Assembly: GCF_000143415.4 (NCBI RefSeq)
Contig: NW_003314406.1
Coordinates: forward strand, 1-64,000
DNA length: 64,000 nt
Direction: 5' to 3'
From: Selaginella moellendorffii
Lineage: Eukaryota; Plantae; Lycopodiophyta
A model generated the notes under the pieces. The model searched no databases, had not been told where the DNA came from, and was given only the letters and a program-made list of their open reading frames with translations. Position numbers and translations under genes: made by a program. How positions within the stretch are numbered: position 1 is the stretch's first letter; every line of letters starts with the position of its first letter. This document shows positions 26,439 to 39,200 of the stretch, piece by piece.

Positions 26439-28604
26439 TCAACTATGGCGTCTGATTAATTGAGCAGCCAGTCACGTTCATATTAGTGGCTCCAGTGACG
26501 ATAACTCGAGAGCACCACTGCTGTATTGGCAGTGCATTCCTCGTTGGGAAATTTCAAGCAAATACTGGATATTTTGATCGGCTCCAAAACTGTAAACACA
26601 AAATTTCAAGATTGTATCCCCACTGCAAGAATATGGCAACCATAAATTCTCTGCCTTTCATTATTAGAGCTCAACACTGAATCTCAGTAGTTTCCAATCA
26701 AAAGAACCAAAATAAATAAATCCCAGCCTTTCTGCCACTCCTGGGAATAAGAAGGGAGACCTGCAATAGGAAAACCAGGCTGTAAAACACACAAGCACCT
26801 CCAAAAGCTCATTCATTGGAAATAAGAACAACTACTTTTTCTAGAATTCGACATATTCTACTTTACCATAAATTACCTGGACACAGTGTCATGAGTTTAA
26901 GGTTGATTAAACCTGCAATCCTTACTATTATGTGCTGAGATTACTTCATTTTCACATTTTTACATCTTCATTTTCCGATCCATCTTTTCTCCTACAGAAA
27001 CATCAAACATCAGTAAGTGATCCACATCAATGAGAAAGAAAAGTGCCACAAAGATATCAGAGTCAATAACAATAAAAAAGAATAGTTGTATTGATTGTGA
27101 GCCATTAGCTTGAATGCCACAGCAGTTTGTAAAAATAATCACAAGACTGGATGTGTACTCATTTGATCGAGAAAAACATGACTTGTCATCTTTCTCTCTG
27201 AAACATACACAAATTGAGCAAATGAAAGGAGTTGAGAATGTAAAGGCACACATACCTGGTGAGCTCGATGACACAGCAAAAGTGTCCATGCCAACATCAA
27301 TCCTAGAGGCCCCACCTCGATCAGGCTGCTTGCATTATAGAATTGCTGCTGGATCATCGCTGCCATCTTCACTCGGACTGGGACTCAGCTCAAAAGTAAC
27401 AATGTTTGTCGAGATAAATGCTACTTTCTTCATGAATGACAAATATCATTGGTGTTATTCAGACTGAGAAGGACCGTCTCCATTATAAAGCCACACTAAT
27501 AAAAAAGAGCATAAGTGAAAGCAATGGAAAACATGAGAGCAACACCAAGAGGAAGCAAGAACGAATGTTGGAGTTCTGTACTTGTGTTTGCAAGTGAATC
27601 CAAGCGTTCCCTTGCTGGCCTGGCATACTCACAAGAGGAGGACAACAAAAGGCCTCGTCCAGTAGTTTTATCATTGGCGCCGCCAAGGTTTCACTGCCAC
27701 CAAGGCCAGCAAGCCCAATTTCCATCCAGCTCTCGCCTAAAGAGATTGCAGGATTTTGCAACTTCTACCACATTCTGTTCATCATTTGGTTTTACTGTTA
27801 CTTTGAAAGATTGAATCAGCAACTCACCACAGCTGAGAACAGTTTGAACCAGCTACGTTCTGGCACATAAGAAAATTGGTATGCTATTCAGATGGAATCA
27901 CGTCAAGGATTGAGCAACTGAAACTAAGCTTTTCACCAAGGCAAGAACAAATAAAAAATGAAATAAAATTACCAGTCCTTCCCCCTGGGTCAAGCAGATA
28001 AATTCTAATTGCTGACCCACTGCATTGGCCAGTGCCGGGTGCTTCCTGGCCTGAGTCGCATAACACAAGATCAAATCACCCGAAAGAACACAAAACCTGA
28101 GGAGTTACCTGCTAATTTCCAGAGCTTTCTCATGGAACCCAAGGAGAGCCTCTTCCCGCAATAGTCCACTTTCTTTTTTTATTGAAACAACCAAGGAAAC
28201 AAACAGCCTGTCAAACACACTTGAGGAGAGTTACTTACCTCCTAAACCTGATCAGCTGCTGATGGTGAACGTATCACCTGGCTCTTTTCAATCTTGGCAT
28301 ATGCAACTCACTGTCCTTGGCAAATAAAAAGGTTCTGCAGGATGCTCGTCAGTGCTCTGGTATGGAGCGCTGAGCTTGTTGACCACATGCAAACCAGCCA
28401 GTTCTCGCCTCTCTAGGATGTTCCTTTTGACAGAAGAATAGTACGCAATGGCCAGCTCAATCCAGGGCATTGGAATTTGAAGACATCGCAGCCAATTCTT
28501 GCATCTACAAGAACAAACAATGGAGGCTGAAGTGGAATCCAGAAAAGCTTACCTTCCATATACCAACTTATAGCATGGAAGGAGAGTCCCGCAGCCAAGT
28601 TGTG

Positions 28605-28641
<37 letters not shown>

Positions 28642-31005
28642 TTGCAGCTCACAATCTGCCCTAAAACTTTCCTTGATTTGGAACGTCATTAAAATCACAT
28701 TGAAGCGTTGCCACCCCTTTGGCACTTGATCTATGCCGTCTATTTGAAGTTTTTGAATTTGAACCGTTAGATTATAAGCATATTCATAAATAATATTCTA
28801 AAAATGGAATAAAAGACGCCGGATGCCATATGCCAATAGCACGTTTAAATAAGGGAGTACTAGCAGAGACCCCAGCTCCGCTGGGAGATATAACATACCC
28901 AAGATAAATAATTCTTCTTTTCTAATTTTACAATATTAGAAAATTTTATTATATATAAAGTTAAATTTATCTTAAATTTTCTAGTATTCATATCCAGAGA
29001 AATGTACAATAATATAAATAGATAATCATGTGTGTTGGGGAAGTAAGATCATTTTTTATCATCTTTAAATTTGAATTTGATGTTTTTGATTGCCTTTATA
29101 AAAAGGTGCACAACCCTAAACACATATACAGATTTCTGCCATGCTTTAAAAGCAATTCAACAATATGTTCTATAAAGGTTTCATTTTATAAAACAATGAG
29201 TATGCTGAAATATTTGTTAGGAGATATAGCATACCCAAGATAAATAGATCTTCTTTTCTAATTTTACAATGTTAGAAATTTTGATTGTATACAAAGTTTA
29301 ATTTATCTTAATTTTTCTACTATTCATCTCCAGAGAAATGGAAAATAATGCAATTAGATAATAATGCAAATGTTGGGGAAGATAAGATCATATTTTAATC
29401 ATCACTAAATTTGAATTTGAATTCTTTTAATGCCTTTATAAAAAGGTACACAAACCTAAACACATCTACAAGATTGCTGGCATGATTTAAAAGCAATTCA
29501 GTTTTCATAAAACCAAAGAAATATATACTACCAAAACATAATAGGTCAATTTTCGGAAATTATAATTTTGATTGCATATTCAGATAATGTGTTTTTATTT
29601 GAACTGTAATAATACCTTTAACATTAATTCTATCTTAACTGTAATGATGCCTCTAACTAAGTAAAGAATGTTGTAGAACACTTTACTCTTGTAGACTAAA
29701 TATGATTTATATAATTAATTACACTTATAAAAATCTTCGAAAACTAATGAAATGTTTTTAGTTTTCTTAAAAAATATACATGTTTTGGATATTAATCTTA
29801 TCAACAATTTCTTTGAATAGAAAAATAAATTAGTTTCTAATATATTTACTAATTTATATTTTACAACAATAACACTCTTTTATTTTATTACTTGCTCCAA
29901 ATACTCCACTATCTGGTTTTTAGTTAAAAAAATCTTTACTCTAAATATTAATTGTATTATTAATATTCAAATCCACTTTTCAGTATTTTTAATATATTTT
30001 TCATCTTGTAAAATCCATCTCTGACACTTAAATTCTATTGCCACTATTTACATCCCTTGGAGTTGAAACGAAAAATTCTAAATAACATATTTTGTTCAAG
30101 AGTTCCAAATACAAACTTCTAGGAGTATCATTTAATTTCTTTTGAGAAAATATTTTTATGCATATATTTGAAGAAGTTTGAATATGTTGATATTATAAGT
30201 GGATTTAGCATATATAACAAAAGCATGTAATTCTTTTTATAGATCTTGAAGTGAGATATAAGATTAAAATAAATAATTAGATTATAATAGTCTGAAAATA
30301 AATATAGAAAGATTCATGATGAAAAAGTTTGAAGGATTTCCTTTATATTGGGTTTAGTATTCTTATGTTTTGTAAAGAAGCCGTTATTGATTTTTTCTGG
30401 GATGGAATTGTTGTTAATGAAAGCATATCACTATTGATTACAATTAGTTACACAACACTACCAGTAAATCAATCTAGTAGGAAATGTTAGCAATTAACAT
30501 AGAAAATAAGATTATTATATTCATAATAAGATTTAAAATTTGTTAAATAATTTTTTTAAAGAATATTTTAGCCACTTTACATCATCATTCTTTTGTATTA
30601 TAAATTAGATTTTTCAAACCTAGATTATATTGTACATAAAACTAAAAATTATATAATTAGATCTAACATACAACTATAGACATGAATAACTAAAATATTT
30701 TTGTTATTGCAAGAACCACTGCTTCCTTCTAACTATAAGAAATTTTTGGTTTTATTAAATACTATAGAGTACCATTATCTACATTAAAACTTTTTTAAAA
30801 TAAAATTATTTAAAAAGAAACATATTTTCAGCTGGGATTTATATCAGTTGTAAGATGGATGTTGTAGAAAATGCTAATCTTGAAGACTAAAATTGTTTTA
30901 GAAAATTATTCATACTTATAAAGATACTAAAATATAATGATATTTTATTATATCTTCCTTCGGATGGAGCTTTGCTTTCTTCAACTTCTTTTATCCCTGT
31001 TACAG

Positions 31006-31909
31006 GTGGTTATGGAGCTGGGAGGCAATGCTTCATGCTTAGTGGAAGATCTCGTTCCAGACTTGGAAGGTACAATCGCTAGGTTGGTCCATGAGGGATT
31101 CTATCAGAGCGGCCAGTTGTGCATTCACATGCAGCGTCTTTAGGTGAAAGGTGAGGTATCCGACACTCGTCTTTAAATTCTATCATATTCTTTGTTCTCA
31201 AATAGAGCTTTGATCTAACGTATTTGGTGCTGGTTGTGTAGGTGAATGATGCATTGATCGCTGCCGTTAAGAAACTCAAGGGTGGAGAAGACAACACGTC
31301 AGTCGTCAGCAGCTACAGTGGAGAAGAGCGTGAACGAGGCAGTGAAGGCAGGCACCAAACTTTTAGTTGGTGGTAAGCGAACAGGAGCTTTCATGGAGCC
31401 AATGATCCTGGAAGACGCTCCCTTTGACACGGACACAAGGAAGGAAGAGATTTTCAGTCCCGTGATCCTTCTCTACTCATACAAGTCAGCTCTCAAAGTT
31501 TCTTAGCTCCCGAAGTTCTTCTTTACTTCCTTTTCTTTTCTCTAAACTTAAACGGTGGTGACGCAGTGATTTCAAGGAAGCCGTGATGGAAGCTAACAGC
31601 ACACATTACGGTCTCCAAGCCGGCGTCTTTATGTGTGATCTAAACAAGGCCTTCTATGCGTTTGAGCATATAGAGGTAGCTTTGCATTTGAGATATAGAG
31701 TATTGATCGACTGTTTGATAATTATTTGATCCTCACAGGCTGGAGGAGTTTGCCTCAACGATTTGCCAAGCATGTGCGTTGATAGCCAGCCATACGGTGG
31801 GATCAAAGACTCTGGAATCCAACGAGAGGATGTCAAGTACGCGAGGGACGACATGCTCGAAACCAAAGTTTTAGTCATGTGCAATGTAGGCAACACATCT
31901 TACTTTTGA
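31006..31909 (+). pseudogene. Captured aldehyde dehydrogenase 3' half, ALDH21-like
   Basis: VVMELGGNA, FYQSGQLCIHMQRL, KEEIFSPV, HYGLQAGVF and QPYGGIKDSGIQRE..YARDDMLETKVLV. Short introns retained; 5' half absent. Confidence 0.85.
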
Positions 31910-32029
31910 TCAAGCTCGAGCTCGAGCTTTTGAGAAGAGTAAATACAGTCTATCCACAAATCATTGCTGGGTTGTCCTGGTTTGCTCGCTCGCTCTCCAG
32001 CACCATCAACCTTTTACCTTTAGGATGGA

Positions 32030-32908
32030 GAATGCTTGTCTATAAACTCCTATAGCTTGTGAGCGAGCTCGGGATCTCTGCCATAAGCACTACAGTTGGA
32101 TTTGTTGGAATCCACGAAGTATTGCCCAGTGACTTCCTCGAGGCTTGGATGTAAAGCCGTGTAGCACATCATAGCAGCGCCCTGAGAGATCGATCACATA
32201 TTAGTCACGAAAAACTTCCAGATTATTGGGAGAATTCTTCTTACCTGTGGCACATTTTTCCAAAGGAAGCTGGAGAAGAACTTGAGAACCCCTGCATGAA
32301 GATCAAAGTTCCATAAGTAACCAAAAAAAAACTCATTATGTAGAGTGTGTACGGCATCAAAGTAGATATAGTTTAAGATTTGTGTGATATCATAAAGTTA
32401 TAATACTGTTTTTAAGAGTAATCTTTTGTGCATTGATACATGAAAATATAAAAATAAATACAATGGTGTAAAGGTAAAAATATGATTGAGACAACATTAT
32501 ACACAATACAAAAGGCTACCATCTTAAAAAATGTGATTCATCATCACCTAAGCTTTTATTATTATTAAATCAATCTATGGACCATAGTTGAATTTTCTGA
32601 TATATTATTTTCTTAGGAAAAAAAGATTATGTATCATCAACATCCTAATATCAGAGTAAAACCTTACCTCCTTTCATTGAGGCAAACAAACGAGGCAAAG
32701 AGACAAACTCATTATGTAGAGTGTGTACCGCATCAAAGGTGTCATTATGAACCCTGGATGAACAGCGTTGGCTGTGATGTCAACTCCTTCGGCCTAATCA
32801 GCGAAAGAGAAAGCATTGACAAATACCTTGAATCTCATTGCCAGTTCTTTGGCATGGAAGATGTTTGCGAGCTTGGATTGACTGTATGCTCTAGTGTCGG
32901 AGTACCTT
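32030..32908 (-). pseudogene. Captured short-chain dehydrogenase (TIC32-like) 3' fragment
   Basis: RAYSQSKLANIFHAKELA (YxxxK motif), ITANAVHPGFIMT, WKNVPQ and CYTALHPSLEEVTGQYF. Confidence 0.85.
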
Positions 32909-32959
32909 TTGGAAGAAAAAAGGAAGAATGTAAGCTCACGAGAAAAGAGAGCTGTTTGG

Positions 32960-33128
32960 TGTACTAATGACGAGATTCCCAGGTGCCTTGACAGTTTCAC
33001 CACCTGCTTGAGCAGACATTGACAAGCTGTCCTTTCCACCTTCTATTGCGACCTCAAGCTCGATCATAGTGTCGCGAAGAGCAACAGCAGCATTGTACAT
33101 ATGTGCTCCTTTGGAATCAAGCTCAACC
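32960..33128 (-). pseudogene. Captured phosphoribosylformylglycinamidine synthase (PurL/FGAMS) exon fragment
   Basis: GAHMYNAAVALRDTMIELEVAIEGGKDSLSMSAQAGGETVKAPGNLV contains the GGKDSLSM signature. Confidence 0.85.
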
Positions 33129-34047
33129 TGCAAAGTTAAACATATCATAAGGTGAAATATCCTTGACAAAAAAAAAGTTCTGGCTGAGCTGCAGGATGCT
33201 CATCAATGCACTGGTATCAATTTATATTCCAGCAGAGTTGGGGTCTCTACTATAGTAGTACTGCACAATAGGAATAAAGCAATTAGGTAGAGAACAAAAA
33301 TAAGTGCCCATTCCATAGCCAGAAAAAAAGCTATTTTGATTCACTAAGATCAAGATACAGTTCAGTATAGTATTTTTTTCTTTTATAATTACAGAATTTT
33401 TGAAAGTCTTACAGATTTGAAAAATCATGGCCTCTGTTGTGGCAAGAAACTGTGCTGTTGGGATCCAAGGCAGTCCTCCTACAAACACCAGATAAAGTAA
33501 TAATAGCACAAATAATAAATATTCACCTATAGCCAGCAACGAAGTAATGGACGACAATGAAGATTTGAAGCTTGGCAAGCTCGTCGGACCCATATCTCGT
33601 TGCCCATTAGCATTGACCATTGAGCGTCATATACCAAAAGAAGAAAAAGAAGGGCAAGAACATCGTGAAGAAGAAGAAAAAGCAAAAATCTTAAGAAACA
33701 GAACAAAGTGAAAGCTTGGAAATGGAATAGAAAATGCGGCCTACAGACATATATTCTTTCAGAACCTTTCTTTAGTTGGCTGAATTTTCCTATTTCTTGT
33801 GCAGAGGTTGAACTTTGTCAAACTATGAGCGCTAGCTTCCCTGGATTTGGACGATGTCAAAGGATTTCTTAAGCATGGAAACACTCATCAGAGGCAGCAG
33901 ACACGGTTTATGACGACTTAACTTGGACTATAAGAGCCTTGTATCAGTGGCCCACTTCATCACGGAACTACGCTCATCTTCAGATCATCGATCACTGCCA
34001 AGAAAATTCAAGGAGGAAGAAGACATGCCAAGCTGCAATACCTGAGG

Positions 34048-34620
34048 ATGGGAAGTTGGAGAGGGAACATTTTGGTTTTGCTTCTGCTGTCTCTGAGCTT
34101 GGGTGTTTTGGCTCATGATGAGAGTGGAGGATACAAGAATGGCTACCACAGTTACTCGAGATCCTGTCCTCAAGCCGAGAGAATCATCAGGGACACTCTG
34201 AGCAAGCACACCGATTGGAACAGGACGATACCAGCAGGAGTTCTACGCTTGCACTTCCACGACTGTTTCATCGACAGGAGTAGCTTTGCAGGATTTAAAT
34301 TCTGGTCTTCTAACTTTGCTGTTCTTCAGGACTGTGATGGATCGGTTCTTCTCGACCCAACTCCCACCGATGGAAGTAAAGTGTAAAAATTGTCCCTTCC
34401 AAGCCTCATGTCCGCCAAGACCTTCATTTTTGTCCTGGTGTTGTCTCCTACGCTGACACTCGTGCCATAGCTGCCAGAGATTCAACCGTCATGGTAAGTT
34501 TAGCATCTTTTTAGAAATACTGGATCAAGTTCTAAGATGGAGAGGAAAGTATTACCAAGTCCCAACTGGATGCTACCACGAAAGAGTTTCCATCCAGGAA
34601 TGCAGCAACACCTTACAATC
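34048..34620 (+). pseudogene. Captured class III secretory peroxidase 5' fragment
   Basis: Signal peptide, YSRSCPQAERII, LRLHFHDCF, CDGSVLLD and CPGVVSYADT.AIAARDS. Truncated. Confidence 0.9.
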
Positions 34621-35706
34621 TCTGTTTGGGGATGCATCATCTCTCATTAAAAACACTGGATATTTCAATTGGCTCCAAAACTGTAAAACAGTTGTAAATC
34701 ACAAAATTTGCGAACCAGCCAGTTCTTGCCTCTATAGGATGATCCTTTTAACAGCAGAATAGTCGCAATGGCCAGCTCAATCCAGGGCACTGGAATTTGA
34801 AGACATTGCAGCCAATTCTTGGAGATCTTCCCCATCTACAAGAACAAACAATGGAGGCTGAAGTGGAATCCAGTAAAGTTTACCTTCCATGTACCAACTT
34901 ATAGCATGGCAGGAGAGTCCCGCAGCCAAGTCGTGGTGTAGGCGTACTTCATCATGAGATTGAGTAGTGGGCGCACCTGCTCTTCATTCGACACAAACAC
35001 ATCCAGCCGAAACCAGAGTCACTCGTGGGACTCGATGTCTGTGACACAGGAACGCCACCTGTTTACTCCTCCCATTTTCTCCTTGGCCTCGTTCTGGATG
35101 AAGGCCTGGTCCTCTGAGGATGGCAGCATCCATGCTCTTTTTGCAGCGATGCTCCTCTCGCCCCATGTTTGCCCCAATCTGCCTGATCGCCCTATGAGAA
35201 TTTTAGTTGCTGGCAAAAGCTCAGCAGCAAATCCACCTGCGAGCTCTGATCAGAGAAATCAAACAAGCAAGAACAACAGGAAAAAAATTCTTTTTTTTTT
35301 CTAAACGACAATGAATAGAACACTCACTTGGGACTGGTGCTCGTAAGGATTGGGAAGACCATCTTTGTCACGGCCACTTTTTTTGCACGGCCGGCTCGTC
35401 AGTCCCCAGCTAGTCCGATCAAACGCAGCAAATAGAAAATTTCAGCACACAGAGAGAGAGAGCTCACAATCTGCCCAATTGCCCTAAATTTTTTCTCTTG
35501 ATTTGGATCGTCATTAAAAAATTGAAGAGTTGCCACCCCTTTGGCACTTGATCTATGCCATCTATTTGAAGTTTTTGAATTTGAACCGTTAGATTATAAG
35601 TATATTCAGAAATAATATTCTAAAAATGGAATAAAAGACGCCGGATGCCATATGCCAATAGCACGTTTAAATAAGGGAGTATGATGCATGTGTTGGAGAA
35701 GATAAG

Positions 35707-36219
35707 ATGGTTGGTGTTGTTATATTGGTTGGACTGACAAATGTTATATGCAAGGATACTGGGACTCTCATTAAGAGGAGGACGTTATGTCTTGGTGATG
35801 AATCAGGAAGGAGTGAAGGAGTATTGATGTTTGTCTTTGGGACTCCAAAGCTGAAGAGGTATTCAAAAATATATGAAAAGTTTCAAAGAGGAGAGAAGCA
35901 GGTCTTGTGTGTAAAAAGTGGTAAAATATCTGAATACGATGGGAAGTCAATATTTGTTATAGGAGTTTCAATAGTTTTACTTGATGCTGATATAGAGATT
36001 GTAGCTAGAGTACGTGCATGGTATTCAGTAACTTTAGATTCCATCAGTTTCATCTATGTCACCGGGTCATCAGGCTCTAATTTAGCTGTTCGTATGATGG
36101 GACTTAATCTCAAGGTTGTGAAGAGTTCAGACAGTTACAGAATTACTGCTAACATCAGAGACATTTGCTTTGATAATTTTTCTTATCTAGCTTGTACAGC
36201 AGATCTTGAGTCATGGTGA
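35707..36219 (+). pseudogene. RPA70-like OB-fold ssDNA-binding protein fragment
   Basis: KRRTLCLGDESGRS..VLCVKSGKISEYDGKSI..SIVLLDADIEIVARVRAWY..FSYLAC resembles RPA1 DBD-B running into DBD-C. RPA70-like genes are known cargo of plant Helitrons. Confidence 0.7.
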
Positions 36220-39200
36220 CAGCAGTGGAGTTGCTGGAGAAAGAAACGACAAGGGCTGTAGGGTGTTGCTGTGGAAAGCAGTCGAAGATCAACTGTTTGC
36301 CAGGAATGGTTGTGGTTGTTGCCAATAGGCTTGGTGCAAGTGAGCAAACCCTGGATGCAAGGGGAGAAGAAGAGGAAAATAAACAAAAGAAAAAGGAAAA
36401 AAAGAAGACAAAGAGCTATGCTTAAAAAGTTTGAGATATGGCTTTTACGAGGTAAGAGGATCTGTAAAAGTAGAATAAGAGAAGATACTTCTTCTATTCC
36501 TGCTCTAGGATATCTAAAACTGAGACTTTGGTGAGAATATCATATTTTAATTTCCATGATCTTTGACTACAGCATATCCTTTTTAATGCAAATGTCGAGA
36601 AGGTCTTCTGCATCTTTGAATGGATTGTATTTGAACATGTCCTTGGCAAATGTAGTATCAACTTGTAAAGCAATACCTTCGAGACATATTGGTTTCCACT
36701 TCTTAATGCCTCGTTTAGGATGGAGGTCATTCATAGTGTTGAGGAGTTCCTGAGCCATATCTCCTTTAAATTCCTTGCAAACATCAAATGGAACACCGAA
36801 TCCATAATGTAGTGCCGAGAATACATATGGATTAATTCCGTTGGTTTTCTTGTCAAAGATTTTCTGAATTTCTTTTTTGTGTGGGAGCCGATTGTTGTAA
36901 AGCTTTCCACTAAGTCTATGAGCTGTAAGTACTGTAAGTGCTGCATGCAAAAAAAAAAAAAAATTTATTCTGCTTGAAAAAGAAAAAAATAAATTGGATC
37001 CAAGCTTACCTAGGGCTACCAATTTCTTTTTGTTAATCTTCTTGAACTGTTTTATCTTTTCCTTATATTCTTTAATCTTTCTCGAAATTCCATCTATGTC
37101 ATCAAAGCCATAAATAAATTCTTTTGGTGGGCATCCAAGTACATCTAGTAGTCGGGCTTGTTGCCATTTGGAAAGAACCTGTTTTATAGTGTATTAAATT
37201 CTAAATTAGAATATAATATAATAAATTAGAATATAAATATTAAATTATTTAAAATTAGAATTCGAGAATTTGTATTAAACGGAAAGTAATATACCGCTTT
37301 ACATGCACAACAAACTATCTCACAACAAACGCTCTGTTTTTCTCCTTTGAATATTTGCCAAAGCTTCTTTCCAGATTTCTGCTGTTCTGGTTGCTTTGCT
37401 AATTTCTGCCATTGTTTGTAATAGAACCTACATTAAACTCTAAGTCGATAGTTAGTCAAAATTGATTGTGATATCTTCTCAATAGGTACCATGCTATCAG
37501 TAGAAGTGACTGATTGGCATAGATCAGCAACTGTCATTATTATTTTCATTGCCTTGTTTTATATTTTCTTTCATTTGTTCTTTGGTAAGAAACTTACAGA
37601 GTCTTTGGCTCCACATTTGATTTGTCTTCTAGCAAATACCTAGACACAAATGCTAAACTGTAAACTTTTTAAATATTAAACTGTAACTGTTTTTCTGGGA
37701 TAAATATCGCTTCAGTTTACTGACCAAACATTTATAAAGTCATACAAAAGATGTACATTACATTTACTGGACGATATCAAACATTCGCTTCACTTTAAAA
37801 ACTTCATTTGCTTCCTTGTGACACACTCAAAGAATTTCCAAAGAGATTGTTGGATGTGTCATCCAAGAGCAATTGCAAGCCGGTGATGAAGTATCCAGCC
37901 AGGGTCTCTCAATTGTCTTGTGCGTCAAACTTCTCCGTGTGTTGCATCTCCTTGAGATTGAACCTTGCCCAATTTTATCCGTTAGAGGACTATCTTGAGA
38001 CAGCCTTTGCCCTGCATATCACATTGTTACTGCCAGTGTTTTTCTAGCCCGCCATCACCACCACCGCTCAGCCAAACAAAACCCACCAAGCAAAGAAGCT
38101 CTGGAAGTGTGGGACGAAGTCTCCAAGCTCTCACAGCATGATCCCAAGTGTCTGGCACTCTTCATCTCCCCGCTCACCACAATCTCCACCAAAACCTATG
38201 GATGCCTGCCTCCATCCCCAGCTGGAAGCCATCCCCAAACTTCCAACACTTGAGCCCTCCTCGGACTCCAAATCTTGGGGCCCAGTGTATAAGGAAGACA
38301 CCACCTCTGCTAACAAACACCTTATGGTTGTGTTCCAGGGCACCTCCACCCAGGCAAACATGTGTGTCAATTGGATCCTGTTTGGAGAGCTACCAAGGAC
38401 GTTGCTTACAAGTCTGAGCTCTTGCCTCTCCACCTATTCCAACCAGACCTCGACTACGTCTCCCAAGCTGTGAGCTACACACACCAAGTTGTGGAGGTGT
38501 GTCCAAACACATCGCTTCTACTCATTGGGTGCCAGACTCACAGTTCTCGGCTAGGTGAACCTGCTGCTGTTGTTGCTGCTGTCAGCAGCCCGGGAGCTGG
38601 AGGCTCACTGCAGTTGTGGTCCTTTCAGCTCTCTTAGGAGATAATTCGTAACATGGCTGTGATTGGAAACGGGTGGGATTCCGTGTTCACGGCGTCATGG
38701 GACAACATTGGCACGGCTTGTTTGGTGTAGCACCAGGGAGCATCGGACAGTGTGGCTTGTTCAGTGAGTGATGGGAGCTCCTTCCAGGCACACAGCCCCA
38801 ATGGGATTCTCGATAAACTATAGATAGGAGACAAGTCTACATGCTTAGTGCATTAGAGAGCAAGTGTGTGCTAGAAAAACTTACTGTGCATCTGTGAGGT
38901 GTCTGTGACTGGCAATAAACAGCCATCCTGGATTTGCTAGAATGCAAACACATGCCTGAAGAACCATCACAATGTTAGTCATTTAAAAAAAAAAAAAAAC
39001 AAAGCTCACTGGATTCTGTTGTATTGATCATGATGCCATTGATCAGCTTCACTGGACTGGAGAAACATCACAAGGCACCTTGGATTCACTTGAATGTTAG
39101 AGTACCTGGAGAAGCAGCACATTGTTTTTTTCTTCTGAGCAATACCTGTATCGTTCAGAAATTTTGAATACTCTTGCATTTTAGACATATTTGAGGTTGC

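Larger units (their letters stand above)
20554..28859 (-). mobile_element. Non-autonomous Helitron unit H4 (nested)
   Basis: 3' CTAG at 20554-20557 with hairpin CCCAGC-tcc-GCTGGG at 20565-20579. Type-B 5' end at 28859. Spans gap 25411-25510. Confidence 0.8.
28860..35684 (-). mobile_element. Non-autonomous Helitron unit H5 (nested)
   Basis: Complete 5' end A|TCATACTCCCTTATTTAAAC at 35684. 3' hairpin at 28871-28885 and CTAG at 28860-28863. Confidence 0.85.
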
